A DNA stretch of 64,000 bases from an uncultured bacterium (GTDB lineage: Bacteria; Patescibacteriota; JACMRA01): positions 125,618-189,617 of the forward strand of contig CAWAQU010000007.1 in NCBI GenBank assembly GCA_963784355.1, in the 5' to 3' direction. Below are positions 15,001-20,505 of this stretch, one piece after another. The first letter of the stretch is position 1, and every line of letters begins with the position of its first letter. Position numbers and translations under genes: made by a program. Below the pieces are notes generated by a model that made no database searches, was not told the DNA's origin, and worked only from the letters and a program-made list of their open reading frames with translations.

Positions 15001-17938
15001 TCTTACCTGTGCTTATCAAGCTAGCTGTATCTAAAGTAAAACTAACTTCGTAATCAGTTAAATTAGTTGCTCCAGCTCCACTATTATTAATCACTACTTC
15101 TCTCTCATAACCATTCCCAAAATTACTACCATCAATAACTACTTCAGTCCCTCCACTTGTAGCTCCACTACTAGGACTAAGACTAGTTATCTTAGTAACA
15201 AAAGTAACACTACTTGTATCACTAGCTACTCCACTACCACTTGAATTTGTTGCAACTACTCTAAAACTATAGTTAGGCCCAAACTTTAAATTATTTATTG
15301 TAGTACTTGTTCCTGTAATTGAATTTGAGTGAGTAAAAATATTATTGTTAAATCCATCATTACTATACTGAACACTATAACTACTTGCTCCACTTGTACT
15401 ATTCCAGCTTAAATTAGCACTAATCTCATCAGCATTTTTAACTGCACTAAGTCCTGTAACTTTATCAGGTACTCCTAAGGGAGAACTAGATTCATTAGAG
15501 GTAGCTAAAGTATAGTAACCATCTTGTAAATCAGCATTTGCTACAGAAAAGCTAATTTGATCACCATTAGCTAGGGTAGGGGTAGTATTTGCTACAGTAG
15601 AAAAACTACCTGTGTTACTAGATCTATAAAGCAATCTATAGTTACTAATGTTTCCGGGTAATCCACCTGTATATTTACTTAAATCAAAACTAACTTTAGC
15701 ATCTACTCCATCAGTAACAGTCTTTTTAATACCCCAGACTTTATTCCATCTTTTAGTTGTTCCTGAAGGTAGGTCAGAAGTTACTACTGTTTTACCAGCT
15801 CCATCATTACCTGCAAAAACATACTCTCCATCAGCTAAGCTGTTGTTGGATTGAGCTAGCTCTAATTCATCACTAAGATTGTTATTTACTCCTCCATCAG
15901 ACTCTTTACCAATACCGGCAAGGTTATTTGTAGCAGAGGTTAAGTTGTATTTACTGCTGGAAAGAGTTAGACCATACTTAGAAGCTAAGTAGTTTTCTAT
16001 GATTGTGCGTTCTGTGGTAGACAAAGCTTTTGGTAGGATTATTATTTCGGAGATGTCGCCTTTTAAATTGTAAGCTGAGTTAGCAGGGTAATTTCCTATC
16101 TTAGTAATATTGAATGCATCGGTAGCCATGCCTGAGTTTGTAGGACCCGCTGTGCCATTTAAATAGCTTATTGCAGTTGTCCCATTTTGAACTGAGCCCA
16201 TTACCGCATAGCTATTATCTAATGTGGATCCAGATTCTGCTACTCCTCCTGCACCGCTGCCGGCATCATTGTGGGCTATTACAAACTTATTTCTTTTGAT
16301 ATTTGAGTAAGTTCCGACTGTCGCAACTCCAAAATATTTATCTGATGGACCTGTTCCTAAATAAATACTACCTGTTGCAGAGTCATTATTATTGGCAACA
16401 ATGAAAGCTGATACCTTATCACTAAAGCTAACATTATTTAGGTCAAAGTTTTTTGTACCATCAAACCTAACAACCGGCTTACTATTTAAAGTATTATCAA
16501 CTAAGCTAGGTTGACTTGTAGCTGTAGCTTGAGTAGCATTATTCCCAATACCACTTTGATCTTGCCAGTTACTAATCTTTCCTGATCCGTCTTTAACTAT
16601 ACCACTATCAGCTTTAAGCCATAGACTTGTTTTAACTGTATCACAACCTGCAACAGGTAAATTATATTTTTTGGATAGGTAGCACTCGGCTTGTTTTCTT
16701 TCTGAATCTGATAGAGCTCGATCATAGATCAATACTTCAGAAATATCACCGTTAAAATCACCAGGGCCAATCGTCGTAGCTCCCGTAGTGGTATTGACTC
16801 CTGATGTAGAATTACTAATAGATTGATTTTGACCATTTACAAATAAACTCGCTGTGGCTCCATCTCTCATACCTGACCATAATTCCCAGTTAGTAGTAGC
16901 TGCACCATCACTCACCCAGGCTATACCAGCGTGGTGAATATTTCTTGTCCCTCCATTAAAATACAAACCAGCTCCATTTGCATTCTGTACAATACCTTTA
17001 GTTGATCCTGTATCATTAGTCTTAGCAACAGATATCATAGTATAAAAACCATTACCAACTACTACATTTGCAGTAGAAAGATTATCATTACTCCCATCAA
17101 ACCTAACCACTCCCTTCCCATTTAACCCACTACTCACCAACAACGGCTGACTACCCTCGCTACTCTGACTAGCATTATTACTATTCCCACCACTAACATC
17201 ATTCCAACTCTTCACATACTTAGTTCCGCCACTATCTCTAACCTGACTACTATCACTTGCATCAATTTGACTAGCATCTAATCTTAACTTTAATCCATCT
17301 GTAACTGTTAAATCATCAGGATCATTATTATAGTTTAATCCTGCGCTTCCTTTCTCAGCATCATCATCAAGTATAGTATAGGTAAAACTAGCAGTACTAC
17401 CTAAAACAACTCCACCGGTAGGACTAGACAGCGTAACTACAACAGTCTCATTACTTTCAACCCCACTATCATTAACTATCTTTAAAGGAACACTACCAAC
17501 TGTTTGGCCTGCTGGAATAACTAAACTTCCACTAGCTAAACTATAGTCAGCTCCATTACCTGTAGCCGTACCACCTGTGACAGTAAAATTAACTGAAGTA
17601 CTACTAGTAGTAGCCTGAGATAAATTAACAGTAACTGAAGGATTACTAGTAACTTCAAGACCTGCTGATGAACTAGTAAGAAACTGTATAGTACTACTAC
17701 TTGCCTTAGCATTATTTAAATTTAAAAGACTAGGTAATATAGCTGTGATAATTACTATTGTACCTAGACCAATTAAACTACCAAGGACTATTACTTTCTG
17801 TTTTTTTGATAGCTTAAAATTCTTTAGAGCTGGGAAAGAGAAAAAGGAAAGCCTACTGGCTATTACCAGTCTATTAAACTTAAGTCTTTTATTTAGATTT
17901 ACCTTAGCACTCTTTAATACTTTACTTAGAAAGTTCAT
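98..17938 (-). CDS. Giant (5946 aa) multidomain surface/adhesin protein: N-terminal basic region plus TM/signal, Calx-beta, 2 LamG-like, FN3, 3x IPT[DUF2341[LamG]], FN3, 3 Gly-rich units, Cys-containing Ig-like repeats, ~18 SdrD-B-like domains
   Basis: Uninterrupted ORF. Hydrophobic stretch VIVLGSLIGLGTIVIITAILPSLL followed by AKA. Calx-beta motifs (GTATGNGADY, VESNETVVVTLSSP, YTILDDD). LamG flanks (LWLKAD...W.DQSG..N.A.Q; GDISEIII). DUF2341 motif (LIS.GKM.SDCGDLRI.D...L.YWI...VW.KVPSI). IPT motif (ITSISP..GP..GGT...G.NFG). Repeated F.D.N.NG..D..E loops. Confidence 0.9.
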   Translation of the reverse strand: MNFLSKVLKSAKVNLNKRLKFNRLVIASRLSFFSFPALKNFKLSKKQKVIVLGSLIGLGTIVIITAILPSLLNLNNAKASSSTIQFLTSSSAGLEVTSNPSVTVNLSQATTSSTSVNFTVTGGTATGNGADYSLASGSLVIPAGQTVGSVPLKIVNDSGVESNETVVVTLSSPTGGVVLGSTASFTYTILDDDAEKGSAGLNYNNDPDDLTVTDGLKLRLDASQIDASDSSQVRDSGGTKYVKSWNDVSGGNSNNASQSSEGSQPLLVSSGLNGKGVVRFDGSNDNLSTANVVVGNGFYTMISVAKTNDTGSTKGIVQNANGAGLYFNGGTRNIHHAGIAWVSDGAATTNWELWSGMRDGATASLFVNGQNQSISNSTSGVNTTTGATTIGPGDFNGDISEVLIYDRALSDSERKQAECYLSKKYNLPVAGCDTVKTSLWLKADSGIVKDGSGKISNWQDQSGIGNNATQATATSQPSLVDNTLNSKPVVRFDGTKNFDLNNVSFSDKVSAFIVANNNDSATGSIYLGTGPSDKYFGVATVGTYSNIKRNKFVIAHNDAGSGAGGVAESGSTLDNSYAVMGSVQNGTTAISYLNGTAGPTNSGMATDAFNITKIGNYPANSAYNLKGDISEIIILPKALSTTERTIIENYLASKYGLTLSSSKYNLTSATNNLAGIGKESDGGVNNNLSDELELAQSNNSLADGEYVFAGNDGAGKTVVTSDLPSGTTKRWNKVWGIKKTVTDGVDAKVSFDLSKYTGGLPGNISNYRLLYRSSNTGSFSTVANTTPTLANGDQISFSVANADLQDGYYTLATSNESSSPLGVPDKVTGLSAVKNADEISANLSWNSTSGASSYSVQYSNDGFNNNIFTHSNSITGTSTTINNLKFGPNYSFRVVATNSSGSGVASDTSSVTFVTKITSLSPSSGATSGGTEVVIDGSNFGNGYEREVVINNSGAGATNLTDYEVSFTLDTASLISTGKMKSDCGDLRIKDSDKTTSLNYWIDGGCGSGSTVIWAKVPSISAGASKSIYLNYGNSSLVSESNISNFSFGSILGGANLKSWIKANDGVGATADGQSISQWSDKSGNNNNFTQATATRQPKFKSNILNGLPVVEFSAAASQTLTNNTNFQPPYSVLYVSRQTGGANSRVMAGVNNNWLFGYWGGGKDKFHPDGWVANGSTPSDTSWNLYSGGGTGSISSIYGNGTLIASNAGGLSGPNGISLNGTPSFGEYSNAQIAEVLVFNSSLSNTDRQNVEKFLNVKYRLYNTSSIATTTIGSELSLNKVKLDGTIVSGAQLLSQSQFKFTTPQHAPGTVTVKIVNADGTETSSLNFTYAAPSISSLSSSESPTTGGKEIIVNGSNFGIIGIRKTITITNPSTTPLTNYEGSVVVDTASLISSGKMRSDCGDLRIKDADGTTDLSYWIESGCNTGSTLVWFKVPSIGASSSKTVYLTYGDSSLTSQSNLNNFSFGSVLSGTNNKLWLKANDGVGTSTDGQAVSQWSDRSGSNNNAVQATAANQPVYKSGVINGLPVIRFDGSNDTLNIQNPAAISQYLTVFKSNTPNFTSYGGILGNSGGNRMGLFESGNTILHFNPYPRAVRKNSTDLVNPFNLTPIDSPMLMNLKTASPTDIRSMQLAATENTYYLNVDIAEIIGLGSDLSPENSSVVESYLNTKYKLYNTSSMPTVSISNTEGSFGGGVNIDGNLISQTQYISPTQLKVITPAHALGTVQLKVVNPDGTGSNSFSFSYVAPSITSISPNTGPNSGGTFLTITGNNFGSNLYQRTLTLTNPGSALSNYETSFVLDTQSLISAGKMRSDCGDLRIKDADGTTDLNYWIDGGCGSGSTVVWVKVPSIGANSSKKVFVRYNEPSLTSQSNLNNFSFGSVLSGTNNKLWLKANDGAGTSTDGQAVSQWSDRSGSNNNAVQATAANQPVYKSGVINGLPVVRFDGSNDFIASANHPATNDFTVFSVAKTDVTHEIDAESNGTATGTGGQRYLLWPSNMDAGAGISLGTNGISIYEHGASYMPPLAVYNGNVGTVNNLIGLQYTAKQPTIYLNGSSVRTGLTSPKTTVYAPKQLGSDTYGNHSGDIAETLIFNSSLSNPDRQTIESYLNTKYRLYNTSSMPTTSLSSENRGIIVKIGANEVYADLVNSTTATIYTPSGTGTQTVKITNSDGTSSVVFNSFTYGGISKANPITDLVVDKTEGDKVFLKWTTPFDNGSGITDYIIKYSQNNFTTETIYNDGVNTNPNSTVTGLTPGQDYQFKIIAANGAGNSVDSNTVSINKLDCDNDLQGANLTPANGDTLTGRYCNVGVFTVAAGTTVNVAQGVGLKVYASSVNIGVGSTLNGVGRGYTGGGANAGQPGNGTGGGAATANCSGQRGAGGGYGGKGGDSDTGNIGGNSYGSLTEPLDLGSGGSGSGGYCSGAADGGNGGGAIKLQVTGTITVNGSISADGNDGGSSSYGGAGGSGGSIWLTANTLAGSGSITANGGNAGTGGTPGAGAGGRIALYYPTAASKTFSGAVTASGGTGFQTGGAGTIYDKPADKTNGDLIIRNTTASSNIATTPISSAFTVINLTIENANLDLTTTNTPTVTDTFLVKSGSLVTLGTKNTYNFNTLTVNSGSTITHRANVATHDNSVIINSNNITLDTGAKIDVNGRGYTGGGANAGQPGNGTGGGAATANCSGQRGAGGGYGGKGGDSDTGNIGGNSYGSLTEPLDLGSGGSGSGGYCSGAADGGNGGGAIKLVATGTITVNGSISANGNVSGGAYGSGGGSGGSIWLTANTLAGGGSISASGGGNSTGNGGAGAGGRIALYYPTAASKTFSGAVTASGGTGFQTGGAGTIYDKPADKTNGDLIIRNTTASSNIATTPISSAFTVINLTIENANLDLTTTNTPTVTDTFLVKSGSLVTLGTKNTYNFNTLTVNSGSTITHRANVATHDNSVIINSNNITLDTGAKIDVNGRGYTGGGANAGQPGNGTGGGAATANCSGQRGAGGGYGGKGGDSDTGNIGGNSYGSLTEPLDLGSGGSGSGGYCSGAADGGNGGGAIKLVATGTITVNGSISANGNVSGGAYGSGGGSGGSIWLTANTLAGGGSISASGGGNSTGNGGAGAGGRIALYYINRTGTMSQGTSTASITVNGGAGNGDCAEAATAAYPATTSGCTGTIYDPNTPETNLTSALFSPNPNPVSTGATFLGGISNIKNKYGGDVYSGTCTITINGPGNYSTPVAKTGTVSQGTCVTTASFPAPDTVDTQATSFTANLSVTSGGSTEGKVVGFPVYPSASNKAKAQSSPNQTKPIYNSLTSNPNPGFIGSNIVLTFDGLKDSGNDQALNGIPCTFNITGPNSYSQTFASDSNIVGGVCKKTFTPSDLPYVAGTYSASISVAGPSSSLTTDTSNFNRYFDIYLTNGTSFDVNGKIPGSITSSSSPIVSGGANPTLTSPTIKKYDNSTNLAQGLVCKNLVQIDSQTPIEYASTLDASSKCVTTIANNVITAGVLKVKTIVLLNYSSTNYPFETNQTTIPTTGFPSNKAKVATGTTPVSNSPTVNGSTTVTTTFVGTSVNLTVSGLTDSANNQPLNGPTCEFKITKPDSSQFSLTSAAASNGTCTSSPTGSELGYLKGSYSFTVSVAGKNSNGDDTTLTTNTTNFSRRFDLYLTGNNGLTGTIPGTLTFSPNPLVAGQSAIIYSPNIRNFANNGNLTGQTCKNILKIGANPEVAVTSTLDSQGQCATNFTAAQVGSTGSATLKTVVSVFNTDFNASYTYETATTPTEVRYSPTSKICVNNTFRDDNSNGTKESTEPLLAGVATRLLDANQNPISGKTLTTVDGTNGTNTSIDNCFNSLFDDTYFVEQSYPVGGTLTFPLATNNGVIVDNLNRKVKYQIVLGVNTTETKNFAYNGNAQICINRTYLEKDKAGQPGYGSFGGSDLPINSKITRLYLSSDLNTLKQQVSTDQSGQICFSPIAPGNYTVEQDLVTNSQSSTGGTVAGNKVRQSITLAFGVNQDTAFGYRLLASGKAKLATNSTAVLKNTGTVLSTTYGANNTIINKVYAGYKFTARTSGLEDTGNDEPLEGTDGATCSMTFSGPSFNSPITETGVVANGVCTVDPIPNQAGTGNTAVTQTAGDTNPNLQASSTFEVFTGNAKVCPLPFRDYINNSSVFGTFENEPLMIGVVSTLKDNGSVIETITSDGSSTKCFAAVSPNKTYTIEQIIPTGGVSTTGTTTGNIQTQTVSLDPETDKSVYFGYKGTGQICPNPTFRDDNKNKIQDVGEPLIAGYTTTLIDSAKVVRQFNTNNTNCFADLMPGNYTVKQSPDGNTTNTKSLTQGEQTRNISLANGETKNFVNNDGTNAEFGYYSNSKVCPVAINDYNKNGTNNAGEPEIDGVISKLIKVSNNQQVGADLPSGSGNCFTDVIPGNYRIEQTVPTGATITNATGGFTQTTNIAKVNVTVNFAQDQNVIFNYKGNSQICPNQIFEDYDSDGNYDLGENLINDGRVTVSLKDKYGNQVNSFQANGTLCFTDIIAFNNYYKVTASLLENTISTTGLEQSIGTFTSGETKTVKFGYNGNPKICPLVFRDDNSNGNFDSGEVRLGGVKITLKNSNETITIGELTTSSTKQCFNPQVIGEYKLSASNIPTGYSNTTPLNLTITTSFGVEAGPKFGFNGNGNICAAKTFEDVVTPGQFNSGQDILLDNITTYRKSTDGTILETKVTDVVSNSNSTCFNGVAPGQYLITQDAPNGSSSTTGGDQLVVLQPNETKNIEFGYNGNSSICLVNTYNDLNFNESKDENEAQIPGVLTKLYRTSDPNTVIKSFSTSSGGNDCFNNLFPNNYKVVQTIPNGYSSTTGGNNVAVTIASSSYTTLNFGYTNNSSFNKGAIRGNVYIDRNGNGVFDKYGQDTLEITVFDNDVVLTEKEVRLYKKNTTTNAFSDAPIYTITDVNGNYEFINLEPGDYETRVPTPLGTEAVLPTNSILASTVTTNEKIRNKNFGFEYTAKICPLVYVDKNNDGDLDSTDTNLLDYGVKVQLRYNSYLSTQTTEIYTLNTANPCIREIPPRDYTVILIPDSQSPFDQQLYSELSATEQNTTVYLGSTSEVSFRYYPGAAYVPNMSSSSITSYIWNDRDGDGSYEPLGNNGQTGISDGHDYGFDDDFRYSGVQFKLIKCEGGYGETQADVNQWNLNPPTTTTDSDGKYSFTGIVPGAYQVVKITTLPEEGSLTGLPSTVCNSYLGDKGWYFFNNLRNRGDYGSITPGTNVDSRNRDFAVGYTGNVGNQLYIDQNHNNQQDGDESNGRRDQTIITTGVYVFKDAVTGNILGNVSSQTDYTDPATLIFKRLPNKDYKVEFTQVQSPYPPLSGSELTKQFTVDNITKNFSLTYGFIPTNNSSISGKVYLNRGSTDYEANGLDNNPATVFDNEQLYSGKIIQLYMHNILIATQNTNQNGEYNFPGLAEGYYRVQVADVAPSGTTCLMCIAEGTYVYQDTNTTQDFTYDYNAVFTIGAFHDTIANGIWDESELATEKGGPIRFTLTYTGDPLTTADNSVVATNVGPNPCCGQTGIGNLMPGNYSVSINNIPSGITLGGGLSNPDPIGILASENLAKNYPFSPFTNNIIKGKVFINQRDEQGENEYNTGETVLAGTVVSVVGPLGTYTATANSSGDYEITGLPTGNYKLHKFSDGEGESNPIPNAIIPIQYASGVVDQCLTTIKCKKILSEKWVWGTTMIGGVDYSDADIVKAGVNIDNSTVITNNLIYVYTNKLKGQCIDDKNGDGQLSTYPNNPADGPVAGCNFEVKKQNGEVVYSTIGNFDTGPYLEPGTYIIKKLNNLTGKLNTNTTKSRSGEREDPTTVNLGSVSEVTLTITNTSIYQKSTINFFQFTPVLTSNSSITGKVFRDKENNGSFDISGLDEDIYTLEDNDEPIGGVQVNLSGTGPNGITINRQASTAVDGKFQFTDLPQGTYTVTATGLQVEIG
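8600..10897 (-). repeat. Intragenic tandem repeat of Gly-rich unit, period 915 bp: 8600-9535 matches 9515-10450; partial third copy 10649-10897 matches 9728-9976
   Basis: Direct sequence comparison by eye. Off-frame ORFs are identical at 915-bp offset (8806/9721 and 9213/10128). Confidence 0.95.
12098..13576 (-). repeat. Dispersed intragenic repeat: 12098-12343 vs 13331-13576 (~246 bp, offset 1233)
   Basis: About 11 mismatches counted by eye. Encodes ...SNLNNFSFGSVLSGTNNKLWLKANDG.GTSTDGQAVSQWSDRSG...RFDGSND. Confidence 0.9.
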
Positions 17939-18176
17939 ACTTTGTTTTTATTTCTGTTTTTGTTTCTTTTTTATTTACCTAGTTTAGGTTTTTATCTTTT
18001 ACCTACTACCTAGTTAAGCTTTTGAAGATAGATGTTTTTTGTTGTGTAGTTGTGTTTAGTTGTTTTTGTTTGTAATTGTAGTGTGCTGTTTAGCTTTGAG
18101 TTGATGAGCTAGTTGTTTGCTTTGTTTAGTTATTATTTATTGTTATTCAGTTACTAGTTTCTACTGATTTTCCATG

Positions 18177-18205
18177 ATTATATTCTACTTTTTTATTTTA
18201 TGCAA
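18177..18205 (-). promoter_or_regulatory. Sigma70-type promoter of the giant gene (TTGCAT-N17-TATAAT)
   Basis: Minus strand reads TTGCAT aaaataaaaaagtagaa TATAAT, about 240 nt upstream of the ATG. Confidence 0.7.
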
Positions 18206-18356
18206 ATGTATGGGGGAAGCTAGCGCATTAGGGAGAGATGATAGGTGCATAAATTAAAACTACCAAATAGCTACATGTGTGGTACAGGGCATTATGGACA
18301 GCAGAGTATAACCTCCGTAAAAGATAAATGTATACTTGACTACAGGTCTCAAGCTT

Positions 18357-18572
18357 TTAAAACAGTGATTTCCTCATATCTACTCTAAATAAACTGTTTT
18401 CCATTCGATTTCTTCGTGGCAAAAATCCAAACCCTCTTCTTCGTTGAGTTTTACCCATACCCAAGCCAATTGGTAAAGCGATTCCTAACATCTTAGAAAT
18501 AACAAACAACCTTATAGAATATTTAAATATATTTTTGAAAAAATTGAATTTACTTTTTTTATTTTTAGTCAT
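18357..18572 (-). CDS. Small basic hypothetical protein with one hydrophobic segment
   Basis: 71-aa ORF with ATG in an A-rich context. No recognisable motif. Confidence 0.45.
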   Translation of the reverse strand: MTKNKKSKFNFFKNIFKYSIRLFVISKMLGIALPIGLGMGKTQRRRGFGFLPRRNRMENSLFRVDMRKSLF

Positions 18573-18590
18573 AACTTTTTTATTACTTAG

Positions 18591-18635
18591 CTAATCCATT
18601 ACAATATTAAAAGCTTGGTCAAGCTCATGTTTATT
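18591..18635 (-). pseudogene. Remnant of the 3' end of a csoR-like paralog
   Basis: Translates NKHELDQAFNIVMD*, compared with SKDELDQALNIIFKLDN* of the intact gene at 18872-19138. Confidence 0.55.
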
Positions 18636-18871
18636 CTTGATTATTAAATTTAGTCTATTTCGAGTTAATCTTTAATGAGTAAGATACGAATAGTTTTTTA
18701 ACAACAACTTATTAAACCCAGCCTTAATCAAATACTAATTGATTTTGTACTTTCATGTAATCCCAAATAATTTGCGCATATTTAAATAGGTGTAGATTCA
18801 TATTTTTCAAATTAAAACAAAGAATCACTGATTAGAATAGCTTTTAAGTCAGATTCTTTTGTAATGCTAAG

Positions 18872-19138
18872 CTAGTTATCCAACTTAAATATAATATTCA
18901 GAGCCTGATCAAGCTCGTCTTTACTATAATTACCAATGGAATTTAACACTCCTTTTGAAATTATTTCTTTACAGATTTTACTTGCGCCTCCCTTAACTGC
19001 CAATAATTGGGTAAAAGTTTGTTCTGAAATTTTATCATTCTCTATCTCAGTCGAAATCGCATGTAATTGGCCAACTATTCTTCTAATAGAAACCACTAAA
19101 GCATGTCTATCTTTTTGATCTAAATATATTTTTTTCAT
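18872..19138 (-). CDS. CsoR/RcnR-family transcriptional repressor with atypical ligand residues
   Basis: IRRIVGQLHAI...QLLAVKGG signature, 88 aa. A C/G-tract operator lies upstream. Confidence 0.85.
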   Translation of the reverse strand: MKKIYLDQKDRHALVVSIRRIVGQLHAISTEIENDKISEQTFTQLLAVKGGASKICKEIISKGVLNSIGNYSKDELDQALNIIFKLDN

Positions 19139-19211
19139 AATTTAAATTGTTGTTTAGTATTTGTTTAAGCTCTAGAGTAACCTATTAATACTTAATTGTC
19201 AATACGTGAAA

Positions 19212-19263
19212 ACCATATAGTATATGGTACTCTAGTGATACCCATACCCCCAGGGGGTTGACA
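19212..19263. promoter_or_regulatory. Operator region between divergent promoters: palindromes ACCATATA-G-TATATGGT (19212-19228) and ACCCCC-A-GGGGGT (19246-19258), the latter abutting the TTGACA -35 (19258-19263) of the fasciclin operon
   Basis: Both inverted repeats are perfect. C/G-tract palindromes are typical CsoR-family operators. The divergent TTGACA for csoR is at 19197-19202 on the minus strand. Confidence 0.75.
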
Positions 19264-19326
19264 AAAATAAAAATTTTATTTACAAATTAGATTACTTTTT
19301 GAATATAAAAAAGTTTATATATCTAT

Positions 19327-20397
19327 ATGCCCGAAACAAATTCAACAAACAATGGTAATAAAACAATGAGTATAGTTTTAGCTATTCTCGCTATCCTAGC
19401 ACTTGTAGGTGTAGGCAGCTATCTTCTAAATAGAAAAGATGATAACAATAACAACAATTCTAACTCCAGCATGATGAGCAGCGATTCTAATAAGGGTCAA
19501 GAAACTGTAAGTGTAGGAGGTGCAGCAATGTATAAAAACAAAAATATAATTGATAACGTTGTAAACGCTCCTAACTTAAGTACTTTAGTTACTGCAGTTA
19601 AAGCTGCAGACTTAGTTGAGACTTTAAAGGGAGATGGTCCTTTCACAGTATTTGGTCCTGACAATGATGCTTTTGCTAAATTGCCAGCTGGAACAGTAGA
19701 CACGCTTTTAAAACCTGAAAACAAAGAAAAATTAAAAAATATCTTAACTTACCATGTAGTTCAAGGTACTTACAAAACTTCTGATTTAAAGGAAGGACAA
19801 GTATTGAAAACAGTAAATGGTCAATCACTAACTGTTAAAAAAAGTGGAAACAATGTAATGATTAATGGAGCAATGATCAAAACTCCTGATGTATTACAAA
19901 GCAATGGTGTAGCTCACGTTATAGACAGCGTTATGATTCCTGATGAGATAAGTATGGTAGGTGGTGCAGCAATGTATAAATCTAAAACTTTAGCTCAAAA
20001 TGTTGTAAACGCTCCTAACTTAACTACTTTAGTTACTGCAGTTAAAGCTGCTGGTTTAGTAGACACATTAAACGCACCTGGTCCTTTCACAGTATTTGGT
20101 CCTGACAATGATGCTTTTGCTAAATTACCTTCTACAACAATAGAAGATATACTTAAGCCTGAAAATAAAGCTAAATTAGTTGCAATCTTAACTTACCATG
20201 TAGTTCCTGGAACATACAAAGTTGCTGACTTAAAAGATGGCCAAGAACTTACAACAGTTCAAGGACAAAAACTTAAGATCACTAAAAAAGATGGTAAAAC
20301 AATGATTAACGATGCAACTATTACTACTCCTGATGTTATGCAAAGCAATGGTATAGCTCACGTTGTAGACACTGTTTTAATGCCAATCGCAAAATAA
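19327..20397 (+). CDS. Membrane-anchored protein with two fasciclin (FAS1) domains
   Basis: Two copies of TLVTAVKAA.LV.TL...GPFTVFGPDNDAFAKLP...ILTYHVV...QSNG.AHV.D.V. N-terminal TM helix. Confidence 0.95.
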   Translation: MPETNSTNNGNKTMSIVLAILAILALVGVGSYLLNRKDDNNNNNSNSSMMSSDSNKGQETVSVGGAAMYKNKNIIDNVVNAPNLSTLVTAVKAADLVETLKGDGPFTVFGPDNDAFAKLPAGTVDTLLKPENKEKLKNILTYHVVQGTYKTSDLKEGQVLKTVNGQSLTVKKSGNNVMINGAMIKTPDVLQSNGVAHVIDSVMIPDEISMVGGAAMYKSKTLAQNVVNAPNLTTLVTAVKAAGLVDTLNAPGPFTVFGPDNDAFAKLPSTTIEDILKPENKAKLVAILTYHVVPGTYKVADLKDGQELTTVQGQKLKITKKDGKTMINDATITTPDVMQSNGIAHVVDTVLMPIAK

Positions 20398-20452
20398 TAT
20401 AAATACCCAATTTTATAAATTCACATTTTATAACATAAACCTAAATAATAAC

Positions 20453-20487
20453 AAGCCCCTTTCTACTTTTTAGGTAGTTTGGGGCTT
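20453..20487 (+). terminator. Intercistronic stem-loop between fasciclin and dipZ
   Basis: AAGCCCC...GGGGCTT outer stem with inner CTAC/GTAG pairing. No U-tract, so it may stabilise RNA rather than terminate. Confidence 0.45.
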
Positions 20488-20505
20488 AAACTATACCCAA
20501 ATTTT

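Noticed and set aside
5470-17987. Short ORFs overlapping the giant gene
   Set aside because: They are off-frame or antisense shadows of biased, repeated codons and duplicate along with the repeats.
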